Positions 31,611 to 41,207 of a stretch of DNA of 64,000 nt are shown here, piece by piece. The position numbers and the translations under genes are program-made. The number at the start of each line of letters is the position of its first letter. Position 1 is the stretch's first letter. Below the pieces are notes generated by a model. The model was not told the DNA's origin. It searched no databases and saw only the letters and a list, made by a program, of their open reading frames with translations. Origin of the DNA: an uncultured Acidobacteriota bacterium (GTDB taxonomy: Bacteria > Acidobacteriota > Thermoanaerobaculia > Gp7-AA8); contig CAVUKB010000005.1 in the NCBI GenBank assembly GCA_963741955.1, positions 512,001 through 576,000 of the forward strand, read 5' to 3'.

Positions 31611-31830
31611 CTCGGATGCATCAATCGAGGTAACCCGCGATTCGGTGATCTGATTCGGATCGCCCTTCCGCTGCCGCCCTCTCCCGTACGACGGAAAGCC
31701 TGACCTGTGTGGCTCCGGCTCCGACGAGTCCAGGTGCCGATGATACCGGAGCGTCACGCCCACTTCTTTGGCATCCTTTTCAGCTTTCTTAAGAGCTTCC
31801 TTAGAACTCGAAGGGTCCAATTGCAGTTAA

Positions 31831-33333
31831 ATGATTCCGATGAGAATACCGAGCAAAGGCGTTGCTTCGTGGCTCGTGGCGCTGCTTCTCATCGCCGTGG
31901 TCACAACAGCGGGAAGGCTCCTGGACGCGAATCCAGGAGCGGTCGGATTCGCGTATCTGATCGCTGTGCTGCTAATCTCGCTACGCAGCGGGCTGCTCGT
32001 CGGTACCATCTCTTCCATCGCCGCCACCCTCTGCTACAACTTCTTCTTCTTTCCTCCTCTCTACACGTTCACCATCGCCGAACCGGCCAACTGGCTCGCT
32101 CTCCTCGCGTTCCTGGTCTGCTCGGTAACCGTGAATCGGCTCATCGTGACGGCGCGGACGAAGGCACGGGAAGCGGAGGCGAGCCGGGCGGAGCTGCAGG
32201 CACTCTACGGGTTGAGCATCGACCTGTTCGCCGCGACCAGCCGAGTGGGGGTACTCGGCGAGGCGGCCCAGCGCGCACTGACGCTACTCGGCGCGAGCGA
32301 AGGTGGCCTGGTTCTCTTCGCCGGCAGCCGGTCCCGGCAGCAGGAGGTCGTCTGGACCGGAGAGCGTTTCGAAGAGATCGAAGAGTTGATCGCGGGAGTC
32401 GGCCGCCATAAACGGCAGTTCGAGATTTCCTCGTCTCTCGGGCGCGACGTCTACCTCCCGCTGAACGTGGGTGGCAAGACAATCGGAGTCCTCGTCGCTC
32501 GCGGGACGGCTGCCACCAATCAGGCACTGGAGTCGGTGTCGCATCTCGTTGCCATGGCAGTCGAACGCGAACGATTCGTCGAGCAGACGGCTCACATCCA
32601 GGCGCTCCGTGAGAGTGATGCGCTGAAAACTTCACTCCTTCGGGCGATCTCGCACGACCTGACGACGCCGATCACGGCCGTGGGGATTCGGATCGAGTCG
32701 TTGCGGCGCGAGTCTGCGGGAAATGCCCGGATGACGGACGACGTGGACGTGATCGCCGAGGAGACCTCGCGGCTGCGACGCCGGATCGACAATCTCCTCG
32801 CGATGGCCCGTCTCGAAGCCGGGAAGGCCCAGCCGCACCGCGAGCCGACGCCGCCGGCCGATCTCTTTCGCGCCCTGCGTGAAAACCTCCCGCTGGTGTT
32901 CGCAGCGAGACCGGTGAGCGTGCGGGTCGATCCGGAGTGTCCCGACGCCCTCGTCGATCCTTCTCTCGCCCTCGAGATCCTGGTGAACCTCGTGGAGAAC
33001 GCCCATCGCGCATCACCCGCCGGAACGGGCATCGAGCTGGCGGCGCGAAGAAGTGAGCTGGATTCCGGAAAGATCCGGATCGAGATTCTCGACCGCGGTC
33101 CGGGGCTTCCCCCGGAGATGCTCGACGGCGAAGGGAGCGTCTCCCACCAGCGTACGGACGTCGCCCAGCGCGGACTCGGACTCGAGATCGCTCGAAATCT
33201 CGCCATTGCGAATGGAGGAAGCATCTCACTCGCACCACGGCCGGCGGGAGGAACGATTGCACGCATCGATCTCGCGGCCGCCGAGGTTCCTACGACGACC
33301 GTCGAAGCGGATGTGGAAACGGAGGTTCCATGA
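31831..33333 (+). CDS. kdpD: KdpD-type sensor histidine kinase lacking the N-terminal cytoplasmic domain (DUF4118 TM + HisKA + HATPase)
   Basis: 4-TM region with YNFFFFPPLYTFTI; H-box LLRAISHDLTTP; NLVENA, DRGPG and GLGLEIAR. Confidence 0.8.
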   Translation: MIPMRIPSKGVASWLVALLLIAVVTTAGRLLDANPGAVGFAYLIAVLLISLRSGLLVGTISSIAATLCYNFFFFPPLYTFTIAEPANWLALLAFLVCSVTVNRLIVTARTKAREAEASRAELQALYGLSIDLFAATSRVGVLGEAAQRALTLLGASEGGLVLFAGSRSRQQEVVWTGERFEEIEELIAGVGRHKRQFEISSSLGRDVYLPLNVGGKTIGVLVARGTAATNQALESVSHLVAMAVERERFVEQTAHIQALRESDALKTSLLRAISHDLTTPITAVGIRIESLRRESAGNARMTDDVDVIAEETSRLRRRIDNLLAMARLEAGKAQPHREPTPPADLFRALRENLPLVFAARPVSVRVDPECPDALVDPSLALEILVNLVENAHRASPAGTGIELAARRSELDSGKIRIEILDRGPGLPPEMLDGEGSVSHQRTDVAQRGLGLEIARNLAIANGGSISLAPRPAGGTIARIDLAAAEVPTTTVEADVETEVP

Positions 33334-34019
33334 GCATACCTCCACTGATTCTGGTAGTGGATGACGATCCCTCGATCCGCGAATCGCTGACCAAGGAACT
33401 GCGCACGGCGGGATACGCGACGCTCACCGCGAGCGACGGTCTCGACGGAGTCGGTGCCGTGCAGAGGCATTCCCCTGACCTCGTCCTGACGGACCTCGCG
33501 ATGCCGCGCTCGGACGGCTTCGAGCTCATCTCCGCGCTCCGTGCCTTCTCCCGCATTCCGACGATCGTCGTGTCGGTGCGCGGCGGCGATGCAGACAAGG
33601 TTCGCGCACTCGATCTCGGCGCCGACGACTTCGTGATCAAGCCGTTCTCGATGACCGAGCTTCTGGCCAGAGTCCGGGCGCAGCTGCGGCGTACGGAGTC
33701 ACCCGCGTCGTCGCCGCTGCAGTTTCCCGACCTGACCATCGACCTCGAACGGCGACGAGTCGTCCAGAACGGCCACGACGTACACCTGACCCCAACCGAA
33801 TACGCTCTCCTCGAGTTGCTTGCCACCAACGCAGGGAAACCGATGTTCAGCGAACAGATCATCGCCAGAGTCTGGCGCTCGGCGCCGGGGACCACGACCG
33901 ATGCTCTGCGCGTTCACATGAGCTCTCTGCGAAGGAAGGTCGAGCCCGATCCCTCCAACCCGATCTACATCGTGACGGAGCCGTGGGTCGGATACCGCTT
34001 CGTGGCCGAACCGGTATGA
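33330..34019 (+). CDS. kdpE: OmpR-family response regulator, KdpE-like
   Basis: ILVVDDD, DLAMP, KVRALDLGADDFVIKPF, HLTPTEY and LRRKVEPDPSNPIYIVTEPWVGYRF; overlaps the kinase stop. Confidence 0.85.
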   Translation: MSIPPLILVVDDDPSIRESLTKELRTAGYATLTASDGLDGVGAVQRHSPDLVLTDLAMPRSDGFELISALRAFSRIPTIVVSVRGGDADKVRALDLGADDFVIKPFSMTELLARVRAQLRRTESPASSPLQFPDLTIDLERRRVVQNGHDVHLTPTEYALLELLATNAGKPMFSEQIIARVWRSAPGTTTDALRVHMSSLRRKVEPDPSNPIYIVTEPWVGYRFVAEPV

Positions 34020-34053
34020 TTGCTCATCCATCATTCGTGTTGCTGACGGCTCG

Positions 34054-35718
34054 TCAGGACAGACGACGCGCCGCCTCCCGCTGCCAGATCTCGAATGCTT
34101 CCCGCTGACCACGAGCTCTGCCGAGCGCTTCGGGGAGACCCCCGCCTCGAAACATCCGCGCGGCCTCGGAGAGGAGACGGAGGCTGGCATCGGGCCGCTC
34201 TTCGGGGAGGAGAAGGAGGAGCGTGATCCGGCACTTCTCTTCGGTCGCCTGCGAGATGGCAAGTGCTGCCAGTGGTGAGACGAGTCCCGGAATCCGCGCG
34301 TGGGGAAGGGCGACGAGCTCCTCGAGCAGGGTCGACCCTTCCTCTTCGCGCCGTCGGACTCGACGCAGAATCATCTCGACGTCGAGCTCCGGGTGGGTCG
34401 CCGTGAGGCGTTGTACGAGCCGATCGGCGACCACGCCCCGATCTTCGTCTCCCCTCAGAAGGAGGACGACTTCCGGCGAGACGAGATCACCAAGTTTCGG
34501 TGACCCCACTTCCTCCCCTTTGGGGAGGCTCGTCTCCGGCGGCGGCGACAACGGACGGGGGATGGTTGCCGCTGTGCCCGGATCGACCACCACCAGAGTG
34601 AACCCGATCGCTCTTTCCACCAGTTCCTCGGCCACGCCGCGCCGCGCGAGCCACCACCGGAGACCCTTCTTCGCCCCGGATCGTCCGACCACGATGTGCC
34701 CCACTCCGTACTCGCCTGCAAACTTCAACAGCGCGCCCGCGACATCGGCACCCCGGACCGTGAAGACGGCCGCGCCGAGCTCCTGGGCGACCGCGAGGAC
34801 ATTGCCGACCTCCTCTTTGGTCGACGGATCGACCTTCCCGGGATGTTCCTCGGGAGTCTGCACGTAAACGGCAAGCCATTTGCGGTTCAATCGCCCGGCC
34901 AGCCGTGAGCCATAACGCAGCAATGCGGCGGCGTCCGGCCCCCTGGAGCTGAGGCATACCATCACCTGGTCTGGAGCTTGAACCACGCCTCCGTCCGCCT
35001 CCGGTCGACCGGCTCGCTGCACATGAGCAGCCGCCTCGCGGAACGTCAGCTCCCGTAGCTGCGCAAGGGCCTCTCCGCGGAAGAAATTGCCGAGAGCGGC
35101 TGGCACCCTTTCGCGGGGATAGACCTTCCCTTCCCCGAGCCGTTGCCGCAGGTCTTCGGTCGCGAGGTCGACGTTCACCACCTGATCGGCCTCCGCGACG
35201 ACCCAGTCGGGTACACGCTCGGTAACAGTGACGCCGATGAGCGCATGAACCGTGTCGTAGAGACTCTCGAGATGTTGGACATTGAGCGTAGTGAGTACGC
35301 TGATGCCTGCGTCGAGGATCTCGAGCACGTCCTGCCAGCGTTTTCCGTTGCGACCTCCCGTCGCGTTGGTGTGGGCCAGCTCGTCGACGATCGCGATCTC
35401 GGGGGCGCGACGGATCACGGCATCGAGATCCATCTCCTCGAGCTCGAGGCCGCGATAGTGAGTCACACGGGGTGGAACCGATTCGAGTCCGAGTGAGAGC
35501 GACAATGTGTCGGGACGGCCGTGGTTCTCGACCCATCCGATGACGACGTCCACGCAGTCATCGCGGAGACGCTGTGCCTCGAGAAGCATCCGATAGGTTT
35601 TTCCGACTCCGGGAGCGTATCCGAGATAGACCTTCAGCCGGCCGCGCCGGCTCTTGCGGATCAGGTGCAGGAAGCTTTCCGGCGAAGGGCGGCCGTCGGG
35701 CCGATCGGGTTGATTCAC
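34054..35718 (-). CDS. Stand-alone KdpD N-terminal sensor domain + Usp domain + C-terminal PTS EIIA-like domain
   Basis: GRLKVYLGYAPGVGKTYRML, DELAHTN, NVQHLESL and LRELT; Usp VMVCLSS; C-terminal RREEEGSTLLEELVALPHARI. Start placed at GTG 35718 (ORF is open to 35802). Confidence 0.85.
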   Translation of the reverse strand: MNQPDRPDGRPSPESFLHLIRKSRRGRLKVYLGYAPGVGKTYRMLLEAQRLRDDCVDVVIGWVENHGRPDTLSLSLGLESVPPRVTHYRGLELEEMDLDAVIRRAPEIAIVDELAHTNATGGRNGKRWQDVLEILDAGISVLTTLNVQHLESLYDTVHALIGVTVTERVPDWVVAEADQVVNVDLATEDLRQRLGEGKVYPRERVPAALGNFFRGEALAQLRELTFREAAAHVQRAGRPEADGGVVQAPDQVMVCLSSRGPDAAALLRYGSRLAGRLNRKWLAVYVQTPEEHPGKVDPSTKEEVGNVLAVAQELGAAVFTVRGADVAGALLKFAGEYGVGHIVVGRSGAKKGLRWWLARRGVAEELVERAIGFTLVVVDPGTAATIPRPLSPPPETSLPKGEEVGSPKLGDLVSPEVVLLLRGDEDRGVVADRLVQRLTATHPELDVEMILRRVRRREEEGSTLLEELVALPHARIPGLVSPLAALAISQATEEKCRITLLLLLPEERPDASLRLLSEAARMFRGGGLPEALGRARGQREAFEIWQREAARRLS

Positions 35719-35844
35719 GCTCGACTCCGATTCTTTCGCCGCGTGGAAGTGCTCCGCGAAACGGGTCGCGATCGCCACCAGGGCTCCATCATCGCAGGCC
35801 AAGGGGACAACCGTTCCGGGCTCATCGCAGTCGTTCCTTTCGAG

Positions 35845-37890
35845 TCACGCCAGTCGCAAAGCGACAAGCAGCATGTCGATGATCTTGATCCCCGCGAACG
35901 GCAGCAGGATACCCCCTACGCCGTACAGCAGCATGTTTCGGCGCAGAACCGCGGCCGCTCCCATCGGCCTGTACGCGACGCCCCGAAGCGCCAGTGGAAC
36001 CAGGGCGATGATGATGACGGCGTTGAAGATCACGGCGGAGAGAATCGCCGACTGCGGTGTTGCCAGCCGCATCACGTTCAACGCCGCGAGCTGCGGAAAT
36101 GCGAGGATGAACATCGCGGGAATGATCGCGAAATACTTTGCGACGTCGTTCGAGATGGAGAACGTGGTAAGAGCGCCCCGAGTCATCAGGAGCTGCTTGC
36201 CGATCTCGACGATCTCGATCAGTTTCGTCGGGTTCGAATCGAGGTCGACCATGTTTCCCGCTTCCTTCGCCGCCTGCGTCCCGGTGTTCATGGCGACGCC
36301 TACGTCGGCCTGCGCTAGAGCGGGAGCGTCGTTGGTTCCGTCGCCGGTCATCGCCACCAGGCGCCCACCGTGCTGTTCGCGACGGATCAGCTCGAGCTTG
36401 TCTTCCGGAGTGGCCTCCGCCAGCACGTCGTCGACGCCGGCCTCTCGAGCGATCGTTTCCGCCGTCAGGGGATTATCGCCGGTGATCATCACCGTACGGA
36501 TCCCCATCATCCGCAGTCTCTCGAAGCGTTCCCGCATGCCACCCTTGACGACATCCTTCAGGTGGATCACTCCCGCGACTCTCGCACCTTCGGCGACCAC
36601 GAGAGGAGTGCCGCCCGCGGCCGCGATGGTCGCCACCTCGCGCCGGACGGAGTCGGGAAGCGTCCCGCCATTTTCCCGCACGAACGCATCGATCGCGTCG
36701 GCCGCTCCTTTGCGCACCCGGCGCCCGTCGGGAAGGTCGACTCCGGACATACGCGTCTTCGCGGTGAACGGCACGAACCGACCACCGAGCTCGTGGAGCT
36801 CGCGGCCGCGAATCCCGAACTCCTCTTTCGCGAGAACGACGATCGATCGTCCTTCCGGCGTTTCGTCGGCAAGCGAGGAGAGCTGGGCCACCTCGGCGAG
36901 ACGGCGAGGATCGATCCCCGGTGCTGGCCGCAACTCGGTGGCCTGTCGATTGCCGAACGTGATCGTGCCGGTCTTGTCCAGCAGCAAGGTGTCGACGTCG
37001 CCGGCAGCTTCCACCGCTCGGCCCGACATCGCGAGCACGTTGTGCCGCACCAGCCGGTCCATCCCTGCAATCCCGATTGCCGAGATGAGTGCCCCGATGG
37101 TCGTCGGAATCAGACAGACCAGGAGCGCGATCAGAACCGGCACCGGGATGTGCGCACCGGCGTAGTTCGCGAATGGTTGCAGTGAAACGACCACGAGAAG
37201 GAAGACGAGCGTCAGGACCGCGAGCAGGATATTGAGCGCGATCTCGTTGGGCGTTTTCTGCCGCTCGGCACCTTCGACCAGACGGATCATCCGGTCGATG
37301 AATGTGTCACCGGGGTCGGACGTGATCTCGACCACGATCCGATCCGACAACACGGTGGTCCCTCCCGTCACTGCAGAGCGGTCGCCGCCTGCCTCGCGGA
37401 TGACCGGCGCCGATTCGCCGGTGATCGCCGCCTCGTTGACCGAGGCGATCCCCTCGATCACCGTCCCATCACCGGGGATGACCTGATTGGCCTCGACCAC
37501 GACGAGGTCGCCCTTGCGGAGCATCGACGCCGGCACGGTCTCTTCCCGCCTCTGCGGACCGACGAGCCTCCGTGCATTCGTCTCCGTCTTGGTCCGGCGC
37601 AGCGTGTCCGCCTGTGCCTTTCCTCGTCCCTCCGCCATCGCCTCGGCGAAGTTCGCGAACAGGACGGTGAACCAGAGCCAGAATGCCACCTGGCCGGTGA
37701 AGAGGGGCGTTCCCGTCCCGGTCACGAGCTCCTGAATGAATATCAGCGTCGTGATCAAGCTTCCGATCTCGACGATGAACATGACCGGATTCCTGAATTG
37801 ATTTCGCGGGTCGAGTTTCCGCACGGAGTCGATCACCGCACGCGAGAGTATCGCGCGATTCCAGAGTGAAGTCTTTCGTCCCCTGCTCAT
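35845..37890 (-). CDS. kdpB: K+-transporting P-type ATPase subunit B
   Basis: [32 protein letters not shown] and [11 protein letters not shown]. Confidence 0.97.
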   Translation of the reverse strand: MSRGRKTSLWNRAILSRAVIDSVRKLDPRNQFRNPVMFIVEIGSLITTLIFIQELVTGTGTPLFTGQVAFWLWFTVLFANFAEAMAEGRGKAQADTLRRTKTETNARRLVGPQRREETVPASMLRKGDLVVVEANQVIPGDGTVIEGIASVNEAAITGESAPVIREAGGDRSAVTGGTTVLSDRIVVEITSDPGDTFIDRMIRLVEGAERQKTPNEIALNILLAVLTLVFLLVVVSLQPFANYAGAHIPVPVLIALLVCLIPTTIGALISAIGIAGMDRLVRHNVLAMSGRAVEAAGDVDTLLLDKTGTITFGNRQATELRPAPGIDPRRLAEVAQLSSLADETPEGRSIVVLAKEEFGIRGRELHELGGRFVPFTAKTRMSGVDLPDGRRVRKGAADAIDAFVRENGGTLPDSVRREVATIAAAGGTPLVVAEGARVAGVIHLKDVVKGGMRERFERLRMMGIRTVMITGDNPLTAETIAREAGVDDVLAEATPEDKLELIRREQHGGRLVAMTGDGTNDAPALAQADVGVAMNTGTQAAKEAGNMVDLDSNPTKLIEIVEIGKQLLMTRGALTTFSISNDVAKYFAIIPAMFILAFPQLAALNVMRLATPQSAILSAVIFNAVIIIALVPLALRGVAYRPMGAAAVLRRNMLLYGVGGILLPFAGIKIIDMLLVALRLA

Positions 37891-38456
37891 CGAAGTTCCT
37901 CATCCATGGCGAGATTCAACTCGAGCACGTTCACGCGTGAGCGTCCGAAGACCCCGAACGCCGGACCCAGAGTGTGCGCCCGAACGAGCGCTCGGATCCG
38001 GTCCGGGTCGACGTTGCGGGCCCGCGCGATGCGGGGGATCTGCAGTTCGGCCGCGTACGGCGGAACGTGCGGATCGAGCCCGCCGCCGCTCGCAGTGACC
38101 ATTTCGGAGGGAACCTGCGCTGGCACGACATGATCAGTTGAAACGACCGCGTCGAGCCGCTCGCGAACGAGTTTCAGCTGATCGGAATTCGACGGACTGT
38201 AGTTGCTGCCACCCGCGGACGCAGCGTTGTAGTCGACCGCGGAAGGCCGAGGATGAAAATACCGAGGCTGACGGAACTTCTGCGCAATCAGCGACGAGCC
38301 AACCACCGTTCCGTCCGGTCGGCGAATGAGGCTGCCTTCCGCCTGGTGTGGAAAGAAGGTCAGGCCGATTCCTCGGATCAGCAGAGGATAGCCGCCTCCG
38401 AACAGAACCATCGTCACGAGCGTAAAGAGAACTCCACGTCTGATTTCTTTCAACAT
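37887..38456 (-). CDS. kdpC: K+-transporting ATPase subunit C
   Basis: [38 protein letters not shown] and VNVLELN. Confidence 0.95.
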   Translation of the reverse strand: MLKEIRRGVLFTLVTMVLFGGGYPLLIRGIGLTFFPHQAEGSLIRRPDGTVVGSSLIAQKFRQPRYFHPRPSAVDYNAASAGGSNYSPSNSDQLKLVRERLDAVVSTDHVVPAQVPSEMVTASGGGLDPHVPPYAAELQIPRIARARNVDPDRIRALVRAHTLGPAFGVFGRSRVNVLELNLAMDEELR

Positions 38457-38465
38457 TTCCGCACC

Positions 38466-40175
38466 TCAATGAATCGCCAGGAACTCGGCAATCGGACCGA
38501 GAACGGCGACGGGCATGAACATCAGGAGACCCAGGATGACCACCACCGACAAGAGCACGAAGCCGAAGGTCGCCGAGTCGACCCGAAGCGAACCAGATCC
38601 TTCGGGCGCAGCGGGTTTGGCCGCGAGTGCGGCCGCGAGTGCGAGTGGCGCGATGATCGGGATGTAACGGCCGAAGAGCATCGCCAGACCCGTCGCGATG
38701 TTCCAGAACGGCGTGTTGTCGCCGAGTCCCTCGAATCCCGAGCCGTTGTTCGCCGCGGCGGAGCTGAACTCGTACAGCATTTCGGAGAAGCCGTGGGCAC
38801 CGGGATTGTGGAGCCAGCCCAGCACGGCATCCGGGTTCGCGGTGGCAGCCAAGATCGCACACGCTAGCGCAGTGCCGCCGAGAACCAGCAGAGGATGAAG
38901 CAGCAGCGCGAGGCTGGCGAGCTTCATCTCCTTCCCCTCGACTTTCTTGCCGAGGAACTGAGGCGTGCGTCCGATCATCATTCCGGTGACGAAGACGGTC
39001 ACGATGATGAAGATGAGCATATTGATGAAACCGACGCCGACGCCGCCGAAGATGTTGTTGAGCCACATCCCGATCATCGGCATCAGTCCTCCGAGCGACG
39101 TCAGAGAGTCGTGCATCCCGTTGACGGAGCCGTTGGACGTACTGGTCGTGCTCACGGCCCAGAGCGCCGTGAGTGCCGCTCCGAACCGGACCTCCTTCCC
39201 TTCCATGGAGCCGGTCGACTGGTCGACACCCATTGCGGTGATGCCCGGGGTTCCTCGCAGCTCCTGCCTCACGGCGAACCCGGTCAACGGAAGGTAGAGT
39301 GCGAGCATGGTCGCAAAGATCACGACCGCCAGCCGGCGGCGATTCAACATGAAGCCCAGCGTCCAGACCATCCCCATCGGGATGATCAGGATCGACCACG
39401 TCTCCGTGAGGTTCGAGATCGGCGTCGGGTTCTCGTACGGATGCGACGAGTTCGGGCCGAAGAAGCCGCCGCCGTTCGTTCCGAGCTGCTTGATCGCAAC
39501 TTCCGCGGCGACCGGACCGCGTGCGATGGTCTGCTTCCGTCCTTCCAGGGTCTTCGCCGTCGCCGCACCGTCGAACGTCATCGGCGTTCCCTGCCAGATC
39601 AGAATCGTGGCCACGAGGATCGCAAGCGGCAAGAGCACCCGAACTGCGGCCCGCGTCGCATCGACGTAGAAATTGCCGAGCTTCGTCAGCCGGTTTCCGC
39701 CGAGCGCGCGAATGATGGCGACGAATGCCGCCATGCCGGTCGCTGCGGTCACGAACTGCAGGAAAGTGATCGCGATCATCTGCGAGAGGTACGACAGGCC
39801 CGTCTCACCACTGTAATGCTGCAGGTTCGTGTTACTCGTGAAGCTCGAAATGGTGTTGAAAGCGAGCGTCGGCTCCATGGATGCGACTTTGTCGGGGTTG
39901 AGCAACAGCACCCCCTGCAGCATCACCACTGCGAACGTCGCCAGCCACATGAAGACATTCGAGGCGACCAGCGACGTCGCGTAAGCCTTCCAGTCCTGCT
40001 CCTCGTCGGAATCGACCATCGACAGACGAAGCGCCACCCGTTCGATCGGCAGGAAGAGCGGGTCGAGCCAGGTCTTCCGTCCGCTGAACACACGGGCCAT
40101 GTAAAGGCCGACGGGGATACTGGTGGCAATGAGAATCGCGATCGTGACGATGACGGCGACGATTTCGAGGCCCAT
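38466..40175 (-). CDS. kdpA: K+-transporting ATPase subunit A
   Basis: NTNLQHYSGE, KQLGTNGGGFF, SNGSVNGMHDS, FGGVGVG and SAAANNGSGFEG. Confidence 0.97.
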   Translation of the reverse strand: MGLEIVAVIVTIAILIATSIPVGLYMARVFSGRKTWLDPLFLPIERVALRLSMVDSDEEQDWKAYATSLVASNVFMWLATFAVVMLQGVLLLNPDKVASMEPTLAFNTISSFTSNTNLQHYSGETGLSYLSQMIAITFLQFVTAATGMAAFVAIIRALGGNRLTKLGNFYVDATRAAVRVLLPLAILVATILIWQGTPMTFDGAATAKTLEGRKQTIARGPVAAEVAIKQLGTNGGGFFGPNSSHPYENPTPISNLTETWSILIIPMGMVWTLGFMLNRRRLAVVIFATMLALYLPLTGFAVRQELRGTPGITAMGVDQSTGSMEGKEVRFGAALTALWAVSTTSTSNGSVNGMHDSLTSLGGLMPMIGMWLNNIFGGVGVGFINMLIFIIVTVFVTGMMIGRTPQFLGKKVEGKEMKLASLALLLHPLLVLGGTALACAILAATANPDAVLGWLHNPGAHGFSEMLYEFSSAAANNGSGFEGLGDNTPFWNIATGLAMLFGRYIPIIAPLALAAALAAKPAAPEGSGSLRVDSATFGFVLLSVVVILGLLMFMPVAVLGPIAEFLAIH

Positions 40176-40200
40176 TTCAATCTCCTTCTAGCCCGCGAGC

Positions 40201-40258
40201 CCGGACTATTCACGGGGACTTCTGCTGCGGATCGACGAAATCCCCCGAATGATCCAGG
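40201..40258. repeat. Dispersed palindromic element, copy 2 (between kdpF and kdpA)
   Basis: CCGGACTATTCACGGGGACTTCTGCTGCGGATCGACGAAATCCCCCGAATGATCCAGG, similar to 15451-15508. Confidence 0.7.
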
Positions 40259-40345
40259 CTAAAACCGCTCGGGTCGGATCATGGCGTAGAAGAGGTAACC
40301 GCCGACGAGGAGGGAAAGTGCGAGAAGAATGACTTCCATCGTCAC
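40259..40345 (-). CDS. kdpF: K+-transporting ATPase subunit F
   Basis: Manual translation (VT)MEVILLALSLLVGGYLFYAMIRPERF* ends in the KdpF signature YLxYAxxxPExF. Start is GTG 40345 or ATG 40339. Confidence 0.9.
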   Translation of the reverse strand: MTMEVILLALSLLVGGYLFYAMIRPERF

Positions 40346-40425
40346 ACCCGCTCACAGAATCGAATGAATCCGAACAAGACGCCGAACGTCGCAAGAGCGA
40401 GCAGAATCATTCCCAGAGCCAGCAT
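40342..40425 (-). CDS. 27-aa hydrophobic peptide upstream of kdpF
   Basis: GAGGAGG RBS; MLALGMILLALATFGVLFGFIRFCERV*; its stop overlaps the kdpF GTG (GTGA). Confidence 0.75.
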   Translation of the reverse strand: MLALGMILLALATFGVLFGFIRFCERV

Positions 40426-40569
40426 TGTTTCCTCCTCAAAACATGACCCCGCGACCGATCGGCAGAAACTGCCGGCCGGTCGGCGTAGCCTTCACGAAAA
40501 TCGAATCGGCGCTCGATTGGTCGTGGCGCCTCTCTCGATCGAGAATCAGCTTTTCGCACGAGATGCGTT

Positions 40570-41004
40570 TCATCGATCCGTGCCTCCATCTTCAGATCTC
40601 CGCCGCACGAAGAGCGACGGAGCGAAGATCCAGCCGAGGACACAGATGTCGCGCAGGAACGGGCGGGAGGGGGAACCAAGCAGATCGACCGCTCCCTGCG
40701 CAGTCTTGCGCAGCGCCAACTCTGCCACGATCGAGAGCAGCAGCCAGGCGATTCCCACGCCGATTCCATGAGCGACGCCCGACTCTCGTGCAACGAGCCG
40801 GGTATAGCCATACGCGATGACACCCAGACCGGCGAGGGCCGCCGTTTCGCTTCCGGCCGCGGATTGCGCATCGAGCGCGGCATGTGCTCCCACGACGAGA
40901 ATCGCCGCTGGCAGCCAGAAGATCGCGACCAGTACGGCAGTCGTGACGAGGTGACGCGGAGACGAAGCGAAATGCGGCTTTGGCTGAGTCCTGGAGGGAG
41001 TCAT
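40570..41004 (-). CDS. Hypothetical membrane protein (~4 TM)
   Basis: 144 aa with four hydrophobic segments; co-oriented upstream of the kdp operon. Confidence 0.65.
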   Translation of the reverse strand: MTPSRTQPKPHFASSPRHLVTTAVLVAIFWLPAAILVVGAHAALDAQSAAGSETAALAGLGVIAYGYTRLVARESGVAHGIGVGIAWLLLSIVAELALRKTAQGAVDLLGSPSRPFLRDICVLGWIFAPSLFVRRRSEDGGTDR

Positions 41005-41207
41005 CTCGACACTCTGATGACTCCAACACTCGGCAGTGAGCGAGGTCGCGAAGGAGACGCAAGGATCGCACTCGAATTCCCGAAGAAATTCCTAAAGAGT
41101 GCGTGAAGGTTCCGCCGGAGCGATGCTTCTTCGCCCGTGGCTCAAAGAGTAGCTTTCGAGTACGCCTCGTTCGCGACTGCTCGCCGCACTCGCCGCATTC
41201 GTTTTCG

